The position numbers and the translations under genes were made by a program. Positions 39,071 through 53,230 of a stretch of DNA of 64,000 nt are shown here, in pieces. The stretch lies in assembly GCA_030390025.1 (NCBI GenBank), contig JASTWF010000415.1, forward strand, positions 62,001 to 126,000, written 5' to 3'. The stretch is from Squalus acanthias. Its lineage: Eukaryota. How positions within the stretch are numbered: position 1 is the stretch's first letter; each line of letters opens with the position of its first letter. The notes below the pieces were generated by a model, which was not told the origin of the DNA, made no database searches, and saw only the letters and a list, made by a program, of their open reading frames with translations.

Positions 39071-41119
39071 CCTGCTCCTCTTTATCAAACTGACACTGAT
39101 TCGGTTCTTGCGAATTATTCTCAATGGCCAGGCCCGCCTCCTCACAGAGGCCCACAGCTCTCACTCACTTTGCAACGAGCGCTCCCTGCCAGTCGAGCCG
39201 ATTCCTCTCCCTGGCGCCGCGACCCTGTGCCATCCTCTCGACATGTGATCAGGGCGCCTGCGGGGCCCTTCAAACACGTGCCCGAACTTGTTCACGCAAA
39301 CACATACAATCCCACAGTGCAGCTGTTACAGAACATGCCAGTGGGACAGTATGGCGGTGAGCCATGCTTCCAGCAGCATCCCAGCATGCGCATGGGTGCT
39401 CGTGCCCTCACTCACCTTGGCCAGCCTGCTGACGGCTTTAAAAATTGTCCAGCTCTAAGTGGCTAATAGTGGCCATCTGTTGCTGCGGAGTACCCAGAAC
39501 TGGTATGAGGAGCAGGCACGCCCATTTCACTGATATCTGTAAGCAAATACCTATTTTCTTAAAAGTATTATTGAAACACTCTTCACATGCAGTACTTTCA
39601 TATCATAAGTATTATATAATATTATAATTTAGATGGAGGGTCCGTGATTACTAATCGATTTGATTAGTATGGTCTGGTGAAATGTTTATTCTACCACTTT
39701 CTGAAGTTGAGGAAAATCACATAAGCCAAAATATAGTAATGAGAATGTTCTGTTTAATCCTTGGACTCGCTGCAAACCACATGGATATTGGGCAGGTAAA
39801 AGCACAATCCAGGTTATTGGAGCAAGGATCTGCTTATAACATTTCACCATATTATAATCAACCTACCAGGGGAAGAAGGAGGGGAGAGCGAAGTAGCACT
39901 CGCCTTTATTAAACTTGTCTTTGATGTGATGCTCCTGCTTTCTCTGAAAATGCAATTTCAAGGCTCAGGCACATGGTGACAGTGCTTTGCATAAAGCATA
40001 ATATCAGAGCTGGGGTAGGAAAATGCTGCCTCTTAGTTTCAGGAGACCTATGGTGTGCTACATGGGAAACAGTGACTTATTTATTTTGCTAGCACATTCT
40101 AGTTAAAAACCCCACCTCCAGATCTTGGTGCAGATCTCCACTGTTAGGTTAGGCTGGTACAAAACAATCCGATGCAAATCTCTAACCGTATTCAATCAAG
40201 GAGAATTTGCACTGGGCAGGACGTCTGTACCCTTCAGTGCTTGAACAGATTTGGGCGTCATTCAGATTAGGTCATCTTGACCGAACATGAATGTGAACAT
40301 CTGTAGCTAAAGTGTACTGAGTGCAAATTACATCGCATGCTGTGATAAGGGTCCGAGTGTTGCACTTTTTTAGCAGCTGAATAAACACTTTACTGGCCAG
40401 ATTACCTTCATTTCAGAAACTTTATGACATTATTTCCCAAGTATCTGGGTTTCCAGGGCGCGCAGGTGAGTTTGAGCTGGCCCTTTGGTATCTCCGTCAT
40501 CACTGAAAAGAATAATATGAGGAAGGAACCTGACTCTTCCATAATCTTTTAACTAAAACTCTCAGTAACAAAGTCATTTGCTGAAGTTGTGTTGAGGAAT
40601 TCCCCTCAATAATAGCTCTTTAAAAATTGTAACAAGCTCCTTGACTAACTCCAGAAATAACTCATATATAGCACTGTAACAGCCTAAGGGCTGATTTATA
40701 TTCACAATCCCATTCCCCCCTCCACTACTACCTATGAACTGTGGTTATTTTTGTGGATTTAAAGCGCAGTGTTTTCAAAATAATCAGCTCCAGCTATTTT
40801 AAATATGACAGATCAGAGTTTAGAGACCAGTGAGTTGGTTGGACTCTGATACCTCACTGAAGAATTTGACTGTGTAATCAGTGACCAGACAATCATTTGG
40901 CAATTATAGTACATGATACGAGATTTCCACTTTGTTTTCATACTGTGCAGGTGTTGAGTATCCAGTGCTGGGAATGACCTGTGAGACACTGAGGGGTAGA
41001 AAAGAGTCTGAACCCATTTTTGGCGCTGCGGGACCAGTACACGCCTGAAGCAAGAGGCACAAGGATCTCATCAACATACTCATCGCAAGCTGCTGCCGCT
41101 GGTTGGTGTGATAAAGGCC

Positions 41120-41505
41120 AATATTCCATTAGCCTTTTTGGTTACTTTTTGCACCTTGCACACTAGCTTTTAGTGAATTGTGTACGTGGACACCTCAATC
41201 CCTTTGCTCCTCTACAGCTCCTAGTCTCTCACCATTACGAAAATATTCAGTTTGTTTTACTCAGATCCAAAGTTCACTCCCAACACCCTCACACTGCCCC
41301 ATTGAGCTCCATCTGCCCCAGTTTTGCCCACTCACTTAATCTGTCTCTGTCCCTTTGTAACTTCCTGCTCCCATCCACACAACTTACTGTGTCTCCTAAC
41401 TTAGGGTCATCTGAAAACTTGGATATACAGCTCTCCATTCCTTCATCCAAGTCATTAATATATATGTGGTGAAAAGTTGAGGTCCCCATACAGATCCTTG
41501 GGGAA
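41120..41505 (-). mobile_element. Degenerate CR1 RT fragment
   Basis: [36 protein letters not shown]. Confidence 0.8.
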
Positions 41506-42389
41506 CATTTGGCCTATTAAAATGACCTGAACCTGGAAATACAGGTCATATCGGCGCGAGTGAACTTCAGGTGAGTAATGGCCAGACGGAGGTGGGAGGA
41601 GAGGAAAATTGACCCCCATATCTGTGTTACGTAAAGGGCAAATAAAACAGCGTTTAAAGGGTGAGAGTCATTTTCACTTCATACATAATTGTGTTGATTT
41701 CTTCATTTTCTTTAGTTGTATAAACACATCACCATGACCAAGACTGCTGGAAAATTGGCTCAAGAGAAACTCTTTAAGGAGGAATGATACAGACAGTTCA
41801 ATAAATTCTCTACCAGAGAAGCAGATGGGAGCCAAATGTTTATCCTATTGACTTGATTATTGCAGCTATTATACATCACCTGTCATTATGGTACAGCTTG
41901 TTTTATGTGGAGTTTTAACTGCCACAAATACTCATCATGTTCAAATCCTACAAAATGCACATTTTTCACCGGGGCAATTAATATAGAATCATTACTAATC
42001 TGGTAATTATTACTTAATTTTCTGGTTCCAGCATTGAATTAATCTTGTACAATTGTACAGACCAGATTACTTACTAAAGTGACACCGGATCTGAAAAATA
42101 TGACATTGTGCTAAAGTTATTTAATGAATTAAGCAACAAATGCCTGAAAGGGATTTGTTTGGGTTCATTGGAATATGCAGTTTTGACTGTTGGTGAACAT
42201 TAAAAAGCTCAGAATTCATTTGACCCAATGTTGTATTGAACCAAATTTGGTGGCATTATTCTTTGCTTCATATATTCCCTCAATGTCAAAAATTGTAAAA
42301 AAAAAAGTGGTCTTTCTGAATCAAAGTAGCTGATGAACAAGATAATATGTAATCAGTTTAATTTTATGGATGAATAATATTAGATCACA

Positions 42390-42792
42390 ACATACATAGT
42401 ATTACATAGTATTTACAGCACAGAAATAATCCATTCAGCCCAACAGGTCCATGCCAGTGTTTATGCTCCACGCGAGCCTCATCCTACCCTACTTCATTTA
42501 ACCCCATAAGCATTCCTTTCCCCCTGCATGTGCTTATCTAGCTTCCACTTAAATGCATCTATGCTAGTCGCCTCAACTAGTCCTTGTGATAGTGAGTTCC
42601 ACATTTTAACCACTCTCTGGGTAAAGAAGTCTCTCCTGAATTCCCTATTGGATTTATTAGTAACTATCTTATATTTATGGCCCCTAGTTCTGGTCTCCCT
42701 CGCAAGTGGAAACATCTCTACGTCTACCCTATCAAAACCTTTCATAATCTTAAAGACCTCTATCAGGTCACAACTCAGTCTTCTCTTTTCTA
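42390..42792 (-). mobile_element. CR1 3' fragment
   Basis: EKRRLSCDLIEVFKIMKGFDRV..TRGHKYK..FFTQRVV. Confidence 0.85.
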
Positions 42793-43346
42793 TCAATTAG
42801 ACAACATCAGTATTACCTTAAATGGCACTTCAGCACCGCACTAAACTTCCTACAATGGATGTACTTGCCATTTAGAAAACAATCATTTGGATTAGCTTCA
42901 GACACAATGAAAACCAAATACTCAGCCTTCTTAACATCATTGTTGATTTATTGTTTGTGTTTTCCCACTTTCTTTCTCTCATTTTTCAACTCTCAACCTT
43001 TCAGCTGTGAAATAGGAGTGAGAAAGGAAGGTGTGGAACCCTCAAAGATTCTGTTGGTAATTCTGCAGTGTAGGGCAACAGCAGGACATACACACTTCAG
43101 TGGGTGGGAGGAAAGGAAATATTGGGCTGGACTTTGCGACACCTACGGGTGCGTACGAGGTGTTATAAGGCCATTGTTATAGCTTTCCCTGACTAATTAT
43201 CTTTATCCTTTATCTGTCAATCATTCAATTGGCCTAGTTGACCCAGATTTTTAGTCACGATAATTGGAGAGTGCAAGTCATAAATGTGGACTTTAGATTG
43301 CCCTTAAAATGTTAATCCATGTGTCATATAAAAACACACAGCTGGC

Positions 43347-44102
43347 TCAATGTAACTTGATTTTAATGTTATGCTTTGAGTGCAATGTACTTAATACCTG
43401 TGGCAAAATCTCCATACTTTCACAGGGAAAGGGTTTCTCTATCAAGATGTCACTTGTCCATTCAATACTTGACTCAAGTTCTGCCATCTCCCAAATCCTC
43501 TCATCTTGTATGCACCTGATTGGACTTTGTTTTATTAAAGGGGTGAGTTCAAATTCATTAAAACCAATATTTGGAGTAAATATGTATGGTATTGATTTGA
43601 CACAGGTGAGAGAATACATTATTAGAATGAAAAGAAGCAGATAGAGAAGACAAAGAGCAATACTTCCAAAGTATAAGTCTTGACATCGGTATTGGTTATG
43701 GGACCGACAATTTGAATATTCATTTCCTCTTAGTTCTGCCACAGGCGTTATTCTAGGAGTGAAACAGGTCACATTAGGATGAACCATTGCTGGTGGATTC
43801 TGCAGCCACTGTTTGAGGTATGCGATATGGCAATCACAGTTCCAGACATTGTTGTGGAGGCTAATAGTCCGCAGGCTCTGCAATTTGTCAAAAGTACCTG
43901 GAGCAACTGTAGTTAGTAAGTTGTTGTGCAGATAAAGCTCTGTTGTAGTTTCTGGAATAAATGGTATTTCCTGTAGGCCTCTGAAGCTGCAGTTAATTGC
44001 CATACCCTGAGAAGTAGATTTACATTTGCAGGATTCTGGGCATAGTTCAGCATTGGAAGACCTCAAGAGAAAGAGCATGGCTAAACCTGGAGAAACCATC
44101 AT
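43347..44102 (-). CDS. Platelet glycoprotein IX-like LRR membrane protein, long cytoplasmic tail (251 aa, single coding exon)
   Basis: Signal peptide; LRRNT CPESCKC..C; LRR ELYLHNNLLTTVAPGTFDKLQSLRTISL; LRRCT WNCDCHIAYLKQWL..C..C; TM about aa 146-168; tail about 83 aa. Acceptor ttattttcAG (44105-44104) 1 nt before the ATG. Confidence 0.88.
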   Translation of the reverse strand: MMVSPGLAMLFLLRSSNAELCPESCKCKSTSQGMAINCSFRGLQEIPFIPETTTELYLHNNLLTTVAPGTFDKLQSLRTISLHNNVWNCDCHIAYLKQWLQNPPAMVHPNVTCFTPRITPVAELRGNEYSNCRSHNQYRCQDLYFGSIALCLLYLLLFILIMYSLTCVKSIPYIFTPNIGFNEFELTPLIKQSPIRCIQDERIWEMAELESSIEWTSDILIEKPFPCESMEILPQVLSTLHSKHNIKIKLH

Positions 44103-44279
44103 CCTGAAAATAAGTTAATAAAAGACAAAGAATAAGATCAGTAAATAATATATATATATAAAACATTCTCTATATGTTTGTGTATGTGTATGTAGAACAA
44201 CTTTGTTACATGACAAATTATCAAAAACATGTGAACTCTTTGGACTCACTTTGTTCTGATCTCCTGCAGAATAGACTAA

Positions 44280-44990
44280 GGGGGGAAAATTGGGTTGCTT
44301 TGCGCCTCCCGTTAGCGCTCTAAGAGGGCGCTAACGGGGCGCAAAGTAACTAGCGCCCAGGCACGGCGCCACCCACGCCTCCCGCAAAATTCAGCGGGAG
44401 GTTAGCGGCGGCGCTAACCGGTAGCGCCCCACGGCGCTGCGCCACCAGCGATGACATCATCGCCGTGCACAGCGCCCCGCTCGCGCCCCGACCGCAATCT
44501 TCGGGAGCGCCCCCTGACTTACGGCCGGAAGCTACGTCCGACGGGGTCAGGGGGGCCTACCTGCGGCCGGGGAGGCGCAATTTAAAGGCGAGGTGCGGGG
44601 CGGCCATTTTTGTTGCTGGCCACCTGCCAGCACCTGCCTGCGCTCCCGTCCCCAACCTCCAGAAACGCCCCCCCACCGCGAAGTGCCGGCTGCGCTCCAA
44701 GAGCCCGGCACTTCTCTTGAGAGCCGGGCTCTTTTGCCAGCACTCCCGATCCCCGGAGGCCTAGCTGGGCCCCGGGTCGCGCTGCGCAAGGCCCCTCCTC
44801 TTTAAGAAGGGGAGGAAGGCCTGCAATACCGCGGCACATAACGCCTCGATATTAACTCGCAGCGCCCCAAGAGGGATGCGGGGTGCTTCCAGTAGCGCCC
44901 CGCTTCTCTCTTGGGGCGCAACCACCGAAGTTCCGGCGCGGGGGCGCTAATTTTTCTGGGACTCTTGGGGCGCTACTCAATTTTTAGCCC
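44280..44990. mobile_element. GC-rich Harbinger-type MITE with TAA target-site duplication
   Basis: TAA at 44277-44279 and 44991-44993; imperfect TIRs ggggggaaaattggg / ctcaatttttagccc; many agcgccc/gggcgct subterminal repeats; CpGs largely retained. Confidence 0.8.
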
Positions 44991-47437
44991 TAAATGTCTA
45001 ATCTACTGTCTATTTGAAGATAAAGTAAATCAAAGTTAATGTTAATCACATAGTAGAGCTCTATGGTAAGTATATTTATAAAAAATTAAATGCAGTTCTT
45101 TGACTCAGATTTTTTAGTTTGGAAGCGACAATTGTAGACGGCTAGAACTGGTTCAGACATTAAGTAGACTACTGTATGCCAGCCGCAGCCATCAGCTAGG
45201 TATCCCCTATGATATTTTGGGCATAAAGGTCAAGAAATTGTGTCGCGCAGAACCCATTTTTCAGGTGAGAAACAGGCGCTGAGGAGTCTAATATGGTGTG
45301 TGTTGTGCACGCGCTCATCCCACACCAGGTATTTGCCGCAAGCCATAAAGGTTAGGGTGCCCTGTAGTCATCCAGGGCGCCCGCCTGAAACAGGAGCTAG
45401 ATCTATTGCCTATGAAAATTGGGGGCTTACCGCTTATTTCAGGCCCCGTTCCAATATTGGTTCGCACGCATGTTGCAAACAGTTTTTTCAGGCGGACAGC
45501 AGCCAAACCAGCGGTCTTTAAAGGAATCGCAGGAGGCTGCCACCAAAAACGTAAGTAAGATTTTTTTTCCTAACCTCCCGTTTGCTCTGCTGTTTTTCTT
45601 AAAGGATGATGGCAGCCACAATAGGTGAAAATGTCATTTTGCTATTCTCTTATTGGTTTTGCAGAATTAGGCAGTCTGTTTTATGGCATCTCTGATATCA
45701 GCTTATAGCCAACGGATGTGTAGGTCACTTTAGTATTTGGAGAATGCAGTGTGGCTGCAATTAATTTCAACCCTAACTATCTTGTAATCTTGTGGATCGT
45801 TCTGGGTAGATGAACAAAGATGGCATGAATGGCCTTCCTCATCTGTAATTATTTTGCGAATTGGACCTCTCTAACCCTTAATTGCTGTTCACGCAATATT
45901 TTAGGGAAACCATTGTTGCTGTTCTAGACGTGTGTTGAAAACTGGGAATCACTGTCCATACCAAACGACAATATCACTGTATGTGGCATTGGTTTCCCCA
46001 AATGGTAAGCTGCCAGAAAATTCTAACACCTGAGAGGTTGCAACTGCTCATCTCTAACCATAAGCCAGACTTTAGCAATGTCCTTTGTTCCTTGGTACCC
46101 TGCCCTATTTTCCCCTTCTCAACTCAAGGGAGACTAATTGTTGTTCCCTCCCACCACCCCCACAGAGATCAACTAACTCAGTACAAACTGGATTAAATGT
46201 GGGACTTCCCGCTCTGTAGAGGCTAGCTTGCTTGATAAATTTGCTGAGTCACGGAGCGAACAGTCAGCATTTTCTGAATGCGCAAGGGTGAAGACAGGCA
46301 CATTTTCAATTCCGAGAGACCAGTAAACCGTTAACTTTTCCAACAACTGACATCTAAAATTCTGAAAAAGCCAATACTTGACAGAAGGCCATTGCTTCCT
46401 TTGCCTTCCTCTGTCTCCAAACTATTTGGTGTCAACCATCAAAATTTGGTCCCAATTCAGAGCGATGTTTTAAATTTCCTTCTGAATCTCCCATGGCATC
46501 GTTGACAGTGAGTTGGAAGTTACGCTGTTGCAAGTGGCTTGCTACGATGAGAAATTGGCAGAGGGGTGCACATCTCTACTGAAAGGATTTGGAAAGAGGT
46601 TTGCAAGTGCTCTGCTCAGACACAGCAGAGTAGCCTGAAAATTTTGCTTCCCACTCTAGTTAGATCAATAAATACATTTGTTGTCCTCATATACCACACT
46701 TACTTAAATAAATAAAACGGAATGTCTCACAGGGTGGAGAGCAGCTCTTTACCTAACATATAAAATTGATACTCTGTTCCATCTGTTTGGAATAAGGGTT
46801 TTTATAATGAGTCAAGAAACATGAAACTTCAGAAAGATTAAACTAATTTCATCTTTCCTTCTCTGTAACACATTTTAGTTCTCTACATGCTCCTGCTTAA
46901 ATAAACATACAGTATTTAAATTTAGGATTTTTATTCATAACTTCCCTGCAAAGTTGAACTTGTTGCCAATATTATTATTTTTTCTGATTGTTTTGAGTAA
47001 ATAGAAGCAATAAAATGTACATAAGTAAAAGCAATGCAGCTATTAGAACCGTTTAGAATAAAAATTAAACCATATCAAATTTCAAAACAGAAAGTTTGAC
47101 TGGTCACACATGATGGCCCCAAAATCCCATTCCATTTTTGTCATTTCTGGAGCATTCAATCGGAGCAATTTATTTCTCTGGATGGCAAATTGGGGTGGAA
47201 TTTGTGTCCGTGCTTTTCCTGTCCCAAGAATGATGCAATCGAATCTCCAACTACAATTTAGCCCTTTCCACGATCCACCCACTGAGCCCCCATGCTGCTG
47301 ATTTTAATATATGTAAATGAGGGTCAGTGGCATCGGAGCTCTGCATTTCTGGAACATACGCTCGCAATACACTGGGGATATGTTAGATTGGGAAATATAA
47401 GCCAGGACAGCCAAGACTGACAGAAGTGAGAAACTTT

Positions 47438-48019
47438 GGGGTCGATTTTAACCTGTTCGAATTGGCGTTAAAGAGGTGCTCATGGCCTCAAAATGGGGTC
47501 GGAAGACTTACCACCCTGTTAACGCCAAAGCCATTTTTAACGGGCAACGTGCCCACCAGTTTCAGGCATTTGGCCCTTTTAATATGCAAATAAGAGTCCT
47601 ATCACATACATTGCTATTTTGTGAGACAACTGGGCATAGTGCGCACCGAGCACGCTCTGACCAGTATTACGGGCCGTACAGCCGAAGAGAACCTAAATAA
47701 GGTCAGTTTGAAACTATTTTTGTAAGGCCTGGAGGAGCAGGAGTGCTCCACTGGGCCTCGCAGAATAATCTGGGTCACTCCCGCCTCTCCACAGTCATGA
47801 ATGACCCCGCCCCCCCAACCACCAGACTTGCCTTGCTGCCGATGGAGCAGCCTCTGGCCCACCCAATATTGCGCAGTCCTGAATCCGCCGAGCTGCATCA
47901 AGACACCTGTTTGGGGCGGGCAGCTCACTGGTTCCCAGCTAAATGAGGCCCAGGGCCTCCAAATGGCTCCGGCCTCTTCACAGCCAATGTTTAGCCGCCT
48001 GAAAGTTAAAATCTACCCC
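47438..48019. mobile_element. Harbinger-type MITE
   Basis: 15-bp TIRs ggggtcgattttaac / gttaaaatctacccc (1 mismatch). Confidence 0.8.
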
Positions 48020-50596
48020 AAATTTGATCCTGAAAACTCCTGCAAATTTGAGTACTAATTACTGCAGCTTGGAACAAGTTTTCCCAGTGATTCTTTTTTG
48101 GCTTTGAGCCTGGACATTGTGTGTTTAGAAGGGGTGGGACGTGGGGGGGGAGGGGGGGGGGGGAGCGGTGGCTAAATATCCTGATGGTTTCCCTGTCCCA
48201 CAGGCTTTTGACTGCCTGTGGGACTGTGAAACTACTAGGAAATTTAGATCCCGTTCCCTCAAGAGCAGGTATGGGATTCCCAATGGACATGCCTTTCTAT
48301 GCCATTATCAAATAAAGGACGAATCGTTCAATCAGTACCAATCCTAGAACATCACAACACATAGGAATTCTTTGCTCTACATGACCATACCAATAATAAT
48401 CACTTGCTTGAATATGTCAGCACAAAATAAGTGCATCTTTTCCTATATGAATCCATGAATAACAAAGCACGGCATGTGTACAACTAACTCCAAAGTGAAC
48501 AGAGGCCAACTTCCTCTTTCCTCACACTGAGTTTCCCCTGGATGACTTAATGTGCCCTTCTTCCTCCCATTCCCGTGCTTCTCCCAATATGAGGACCTGG
48601 TGTTGCCTCCTATGTGCCACTGGCATGGATCTCTGATGGAGAAGGCCAAATGCCTGGCATGTGCTGTCGTCCTGAGAAATGACACCTTTAGGCAGGCATA
48701 TTTCAGCTGCCACCACTCCACTGGGCCTTGGATTTGCGTCTCCAATGATCAGCAAGATGGCTGGATTAGGCAGCTATAAGAATCTGAGAGCCCTGAGAAA
48801 TAGAAGCATGCATTTCAGTCCACCAGGTCCGAAAACCAGTATTCAGGGTGCTGTCTATTCTATACCAGAGGTACAGAGGTACAGGAGGAGGTGGTACTAA
48901 TTGGTCCCTGTCCCCTTCTTAGGTGGAGGTCTGCTGCAGATTCCAATCAAGCGGTCCCCTGCTGTATTGATATTTTTGGAACAAAGAAAAAGCTCTCTTG
49001 ATGTGGGTTGTGGACTCCTGAGACACACCTGTCAGATGCTGCACATCCTTGCAGACTGACCTCAGAGACTGTAAATAGGTGTGATGTTCCTCAAACATCC
49101 TTCTTTTCAAGCGAGTGCCCATGAGGTCTGGATCCCACAACTCTAGAGCCATGGGCTGCCTTCGCCTCTTTTGGGAAGGTGGCATATCCTCATCCACTCT
49201 TACGGTTCCCTCGTACTCATTAACACTATCGATTTGCCCCTTGGTGAAAATATCTGAGGTAGTGAGTGGGAGTGATGAAGTAAGTGATGTTGTGGGTAAG
49301 ATTGTGACAGAGGAACATGCCAGCGAGCTGCCTATTGCTCCTCGCAGTTCTCCGTCTTTATGAAAATGAGGCTCAAGCAAAAATATTGAGGGCGCCTCGA
49401 GCCTCACCATTCAGACACAGGGATCGATCCCTGCATTCCACGTTCATCCAGAAATAGGCACGCCCGAATTTCTAAGCCACAGTTTTCTATCAGTTCAACA
49501 TACTCATTCTTATTTATCTTCAGTAAATAAATACATTGCATCTCATAGCTTAGACGAACTATAATAGCCAGCTAATGTCAGTCCAACATCAAATTAAAGA
49601 TTCTCACTTGAACCTATATTAGAACAATGCTAGTCCATAAATGACAGTCCCAAAAGTACTATTTATAGGTGAGATTTTCTTCATAGCCCAAACATCAGAC
49701 AGTTAATACACCTACCTTTATATCTTATATAAACTTGCAAAGTTGTCAAATGATTTTCCTGCATACTTCGCAAGTAAGAGAGCTACGTCTCCCCAGCAGC
49801 TGGAACCTGGTTCTTAGTGATACGTTCAGATCAGCACAAAGCAGTAGATTCAATTAGTTGCCGTCAGTTATACGTCTACGTGACCAGTTCCAAATAGCTA
49901 CGGCTTGTTTCAAACAGGCAGAAGCGTGACAAACATTTTAATCTCCAATATGATCAGGCAGCTGCAGTAATCTGACTTGCGGTTAGGCTGAAGCTATACC
50001 ATGTGATGGAGAGGAAACCTAATGTTTATGGAAGATAAGAGTTCCTTGACGAATACATTTAACCACCGCCTAGCTTTTAAGAAATGTCTTGAATCCCTAG
50101 TACATTGTATTATTAGGGTTACAACATTAAAGCTACAATCTTTTTGTATTTCTGCCAATTTTGTTAAAAAAAAAAAATTAATTGGTGTGTACACTACAAA
50201 GTATGAGGTGGCCAAGTGTACTGCTTATATGGTATTAAGTACACACAAGAGTTGTTGTATGGAAGTTTAAAAAAAAATTACAGCAAGAGGCACAAAGCTA
50301 TGATGACTTTGATGCAGGAACAGATAGGCACAGTATTCATTGGCTGATGTGCTGCAGCTAACTAATGAACCATTTCACCGAGAAACCTGCTTTTAAAATC
50401 AACATATTGTTACTTATTCCAAACACTTTTTACAAACATTTCTCTTTTTTCCCCCTCTATTTTCTCCCTCTCAAGTTAATCCCTGCCCACACATTATCCT
50501 GTGCAGTTGGAAGGGCTACATACACAGTTAATCACATTTAATTTTGAAGATGCTATCCATAAGGCTCCTTGGTTGATCTGTCAGTGGGAGTTCTTA

Positions 50597-51857
50597 GGGC
50601 TGAATTTTGCCGGCGCTCAGAGGGCGGGTTCAGAGGCGGGTCCGCTGTCAAAATAGCAAAGATTGACAGCGGGTAGGGAACCCGCTGTCAACCCGCCTCC
50701 ACGCGAGTCCCCCAGGTGTCGGGTCTGTCGGTGCTGAACAGACCCGACACCAAGCGGCGGGGAAGGTAATTCACATCATTAAATGGGTTGTTAACATCCA
50801 ATTAACTGTTATTTTAAGCCTACATTTCAATTTTACGTGCTCCCCCACGGGAGACCCGCTGCTCGGGGAACACATCAGCTCAGCATGTCGTGAGTGGATT
50901 CAGCATTGAATTATCTCATGACCTGACAGCTGCCAAAGTTGTATAAAAGATCCCATGTTACAGCTGTTCACTTTCAAAGCTCAGAAACTGTTGGATACTG
51001 CATTTGGAAGACATATTGAGCTTTCTGCAGCTTGCAAGTGTTTGGAGCCAACTCTCTATCCAGTGCCACGTCATTGGAACATTGGTTAAACCACCCAAGT
51101 GCCTACCCTTATGTGTTGTTAGTTGGTATGCTTGCAGTAGGATGAGGGTGAGTGTGAGAGGTGGTTAGTGAAATGGGGAAGTGATAATGTAGATAGAGAG
51201 GGATGGGTGGAGTTGCAAGGTAAGTTGGTGTGAGTAAAGATGTGCAGGAGTAGGGTAGGGAAGGCAGAGTGATAGGGATGTGATGAGTGGCACAGCAGGA
51301 TGAGGTTGAGTGTGGCTTGGCAGTAACGTTTCGTGATCTACTGAGATCATTAAAAGGCTTGCGTCACTGCAGCCAGGTCCTCCTAACGACATCCCTGCTT
51401 GTGCCCTCCTGTGCAATGTGCAACCAGGCTGCGTTGATCTCCTGGGGAGGTCTCTTCATATGGAGGGAGTCATGGGAGAGCCTGAGTGCAGCCGTGCATC
51501 TTTGTGCAGTGCTTGTCAGTGTTTACAGCTCCTCAATGTTGTAGAACACTGACAGCAGAACTGTCAAAATCAATTTGGACATGGCCCCTTTAAGGAAACC
51601 AAATGACGTCATCAGACCAGCTTCCTATTAATTAGCTGGGAACCTCGCAGGGCGGGTTTAACAAGCGTAAAATTTTAATGTAAAATCACTTGGAAAGTGC
51701 AGGCTGCAGTAGGTAGTGGGTTGGGACCGCAACACCGAACCCGGCCGCTCCGGACCCGCCTCGGTCAGCGAAATCGCAGCCTTAGATTTGTGGTCAAGAA
51801 TCCTCTCATAGCAGTTTTCCCTCCTTCTTTCAGACCACTTCTGGCAAAAATCGCCCT
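50597..51857. mobile_element. Non-autonomous Harbinger derivative with a Myb-like ORF remnant
   Basis: TIR-like gggctgaattttgcc / ggcaaaaatcgccct; minus strand at about 51330-51420 reads SRDVVRRTWLQ*RKPFNDL (SANT recognition-helix region). Confidence 0.7.
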
Positions 51858-52060
51858 CTACAAGATGTGCAAGTACAATGTGAGTCAAAATTAAGATTGC
51901 AGTCTTGGAATTCCTTTCAAGAGTGTTTACATTTTTGGGATTGTCAGCCTGTCCAATTTTGTTTATATAGATGTGATGATCAGATTATTAAGGATGATTC
52001 AGACAAATCTACAATGGCTGGAACACAATAACATACAGCCTGCAAAAAACAAATGCAATA

Positions 52061-52675
52061 CAACAACAACAACTTGTATTTATATAGCGCCTTTAATGTA
52101 GTAAAACGTCCCAAAACATCCTAAGACAAAAAATTTGATATAAGGAGAAATTAGGGCAGGTGACCAAAAGCTTGGTCAAAGAGGTAGGTTTTAAGGAGCG
52201 TCTTAAAGGAGGAAAGAGAGGTAGTGAGGCGGAGAGGTTTAGGCAGGGAATTCCAGAGTTTAGGGCCGAGGCAACAGAAGGCATGGCCACCAATGGTTGA
52301 GCGATTTTAATCAGGGATGCTCAAGAGGGCAGAATTAGAGGAGCGCAGATATCTCGGGGAGTTGTGGGCCTGGAGGAGATTACAGAGATAGGGAGGGGTG
52401 AGGCCATGGAGGGATTTGAAAACAAGGATGAGAATTTTGAAATTGAGGCGTTGCTTAACCGGGAGCCAATGTAGGTCAGCGAGCACAGGGGTGATGGATG
52501 AACGGGACTTGGTGTGAGTTAGGACACGGGCAGCCGAGTTTTGGATGACCTCAAGTTTACGTAGGGTAAACCGTGGGAGGCCGGCAAGGAGTGCATTGGA
52601 ATAGTCAAGTCTAGAGGTAACAAAGGCATGGATGAGTGTTTCAGCAGCGGATGAGCTGAGACAAGGGCGGAGACA
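52061..52675 (-). mobile_element. L2 LINE 3' end with (CAA)n tail
   Basis: Closely similar to the reverse complement of 61548-61981, extending further 5'. Confidence 0.9.
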
Positions 52676-52679
52676 ATAA

Positions 52680-53230
52680 GGGGGGATTTTAACTTCTACT
52701 GCCCAGCAGAGTTAAATTTGAGTTGGTCGACTTATCGCCTCTTTCCCGCTCCGCCATTCTTCCTGGGGGCCTTTCACTGGACAGCCCAGGCACTCGCCTG
52801 AATCAGCCAGGTGTCTCATGAATCTATGTAAATTGGGGGCCTATGATGCACATAGGACCTAGATGCAATTTTAATGGCCTACTGGGCAGCTTGTGCGTCG
52901 TGGATGCTCCACTCTCGGTAAAATCTTGTGAGCAAGAAGAGCCCCGGAAATGTATGTGTTGAAATTATTTTGGTGGGGCCCGGAGGAGTAGGATTGCTGA
53001 TCCGGGCTCCGGGAGAATAACATGGGCCACTGAGAGACGCCCCAGCCCCCATTTCTGCGATTGCACACCTGTCCTCGGACCTACATGTTCGCCTAATATT
53101 GCACCAGTCCAGAGCTACAGCGGGACACCCATTCGAGGCGAGGAGCTGCTTGGTGCATGCTAATGAGGCCCGGCCCTCAAACTGGGCCAGGGCTCGCGCT
53201 GCGCAGCTGCACAATAGTTAAAATCCCTCC
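52680..53230. mobile_element. Harbinger-type MITE
   Basis: TIRs ggggggattttaac / gttaaaatccctcc. Confidence 0.7.

Noticed and set aside
38837-39466. 209-aa plus-strand ORF
   Set aside because: Non-ATG start, runs across a hAT-like terminus, and has no recognisable domain or splice structure.
44280-44990. CpG island promoter for the long-tail GP9-like gene
   Set aside because: The GC-rich block is bounded exactly by TIRs and a TAA TSD, so it is a MITE rather than a native island.
48919-49410. 163-aa Ser/Thr-rich minus-strand ORF
   Set aside because: Lies in what looks like a decayed Harbinger-derived region (TIR-like end near 49470); no support as a host exon.
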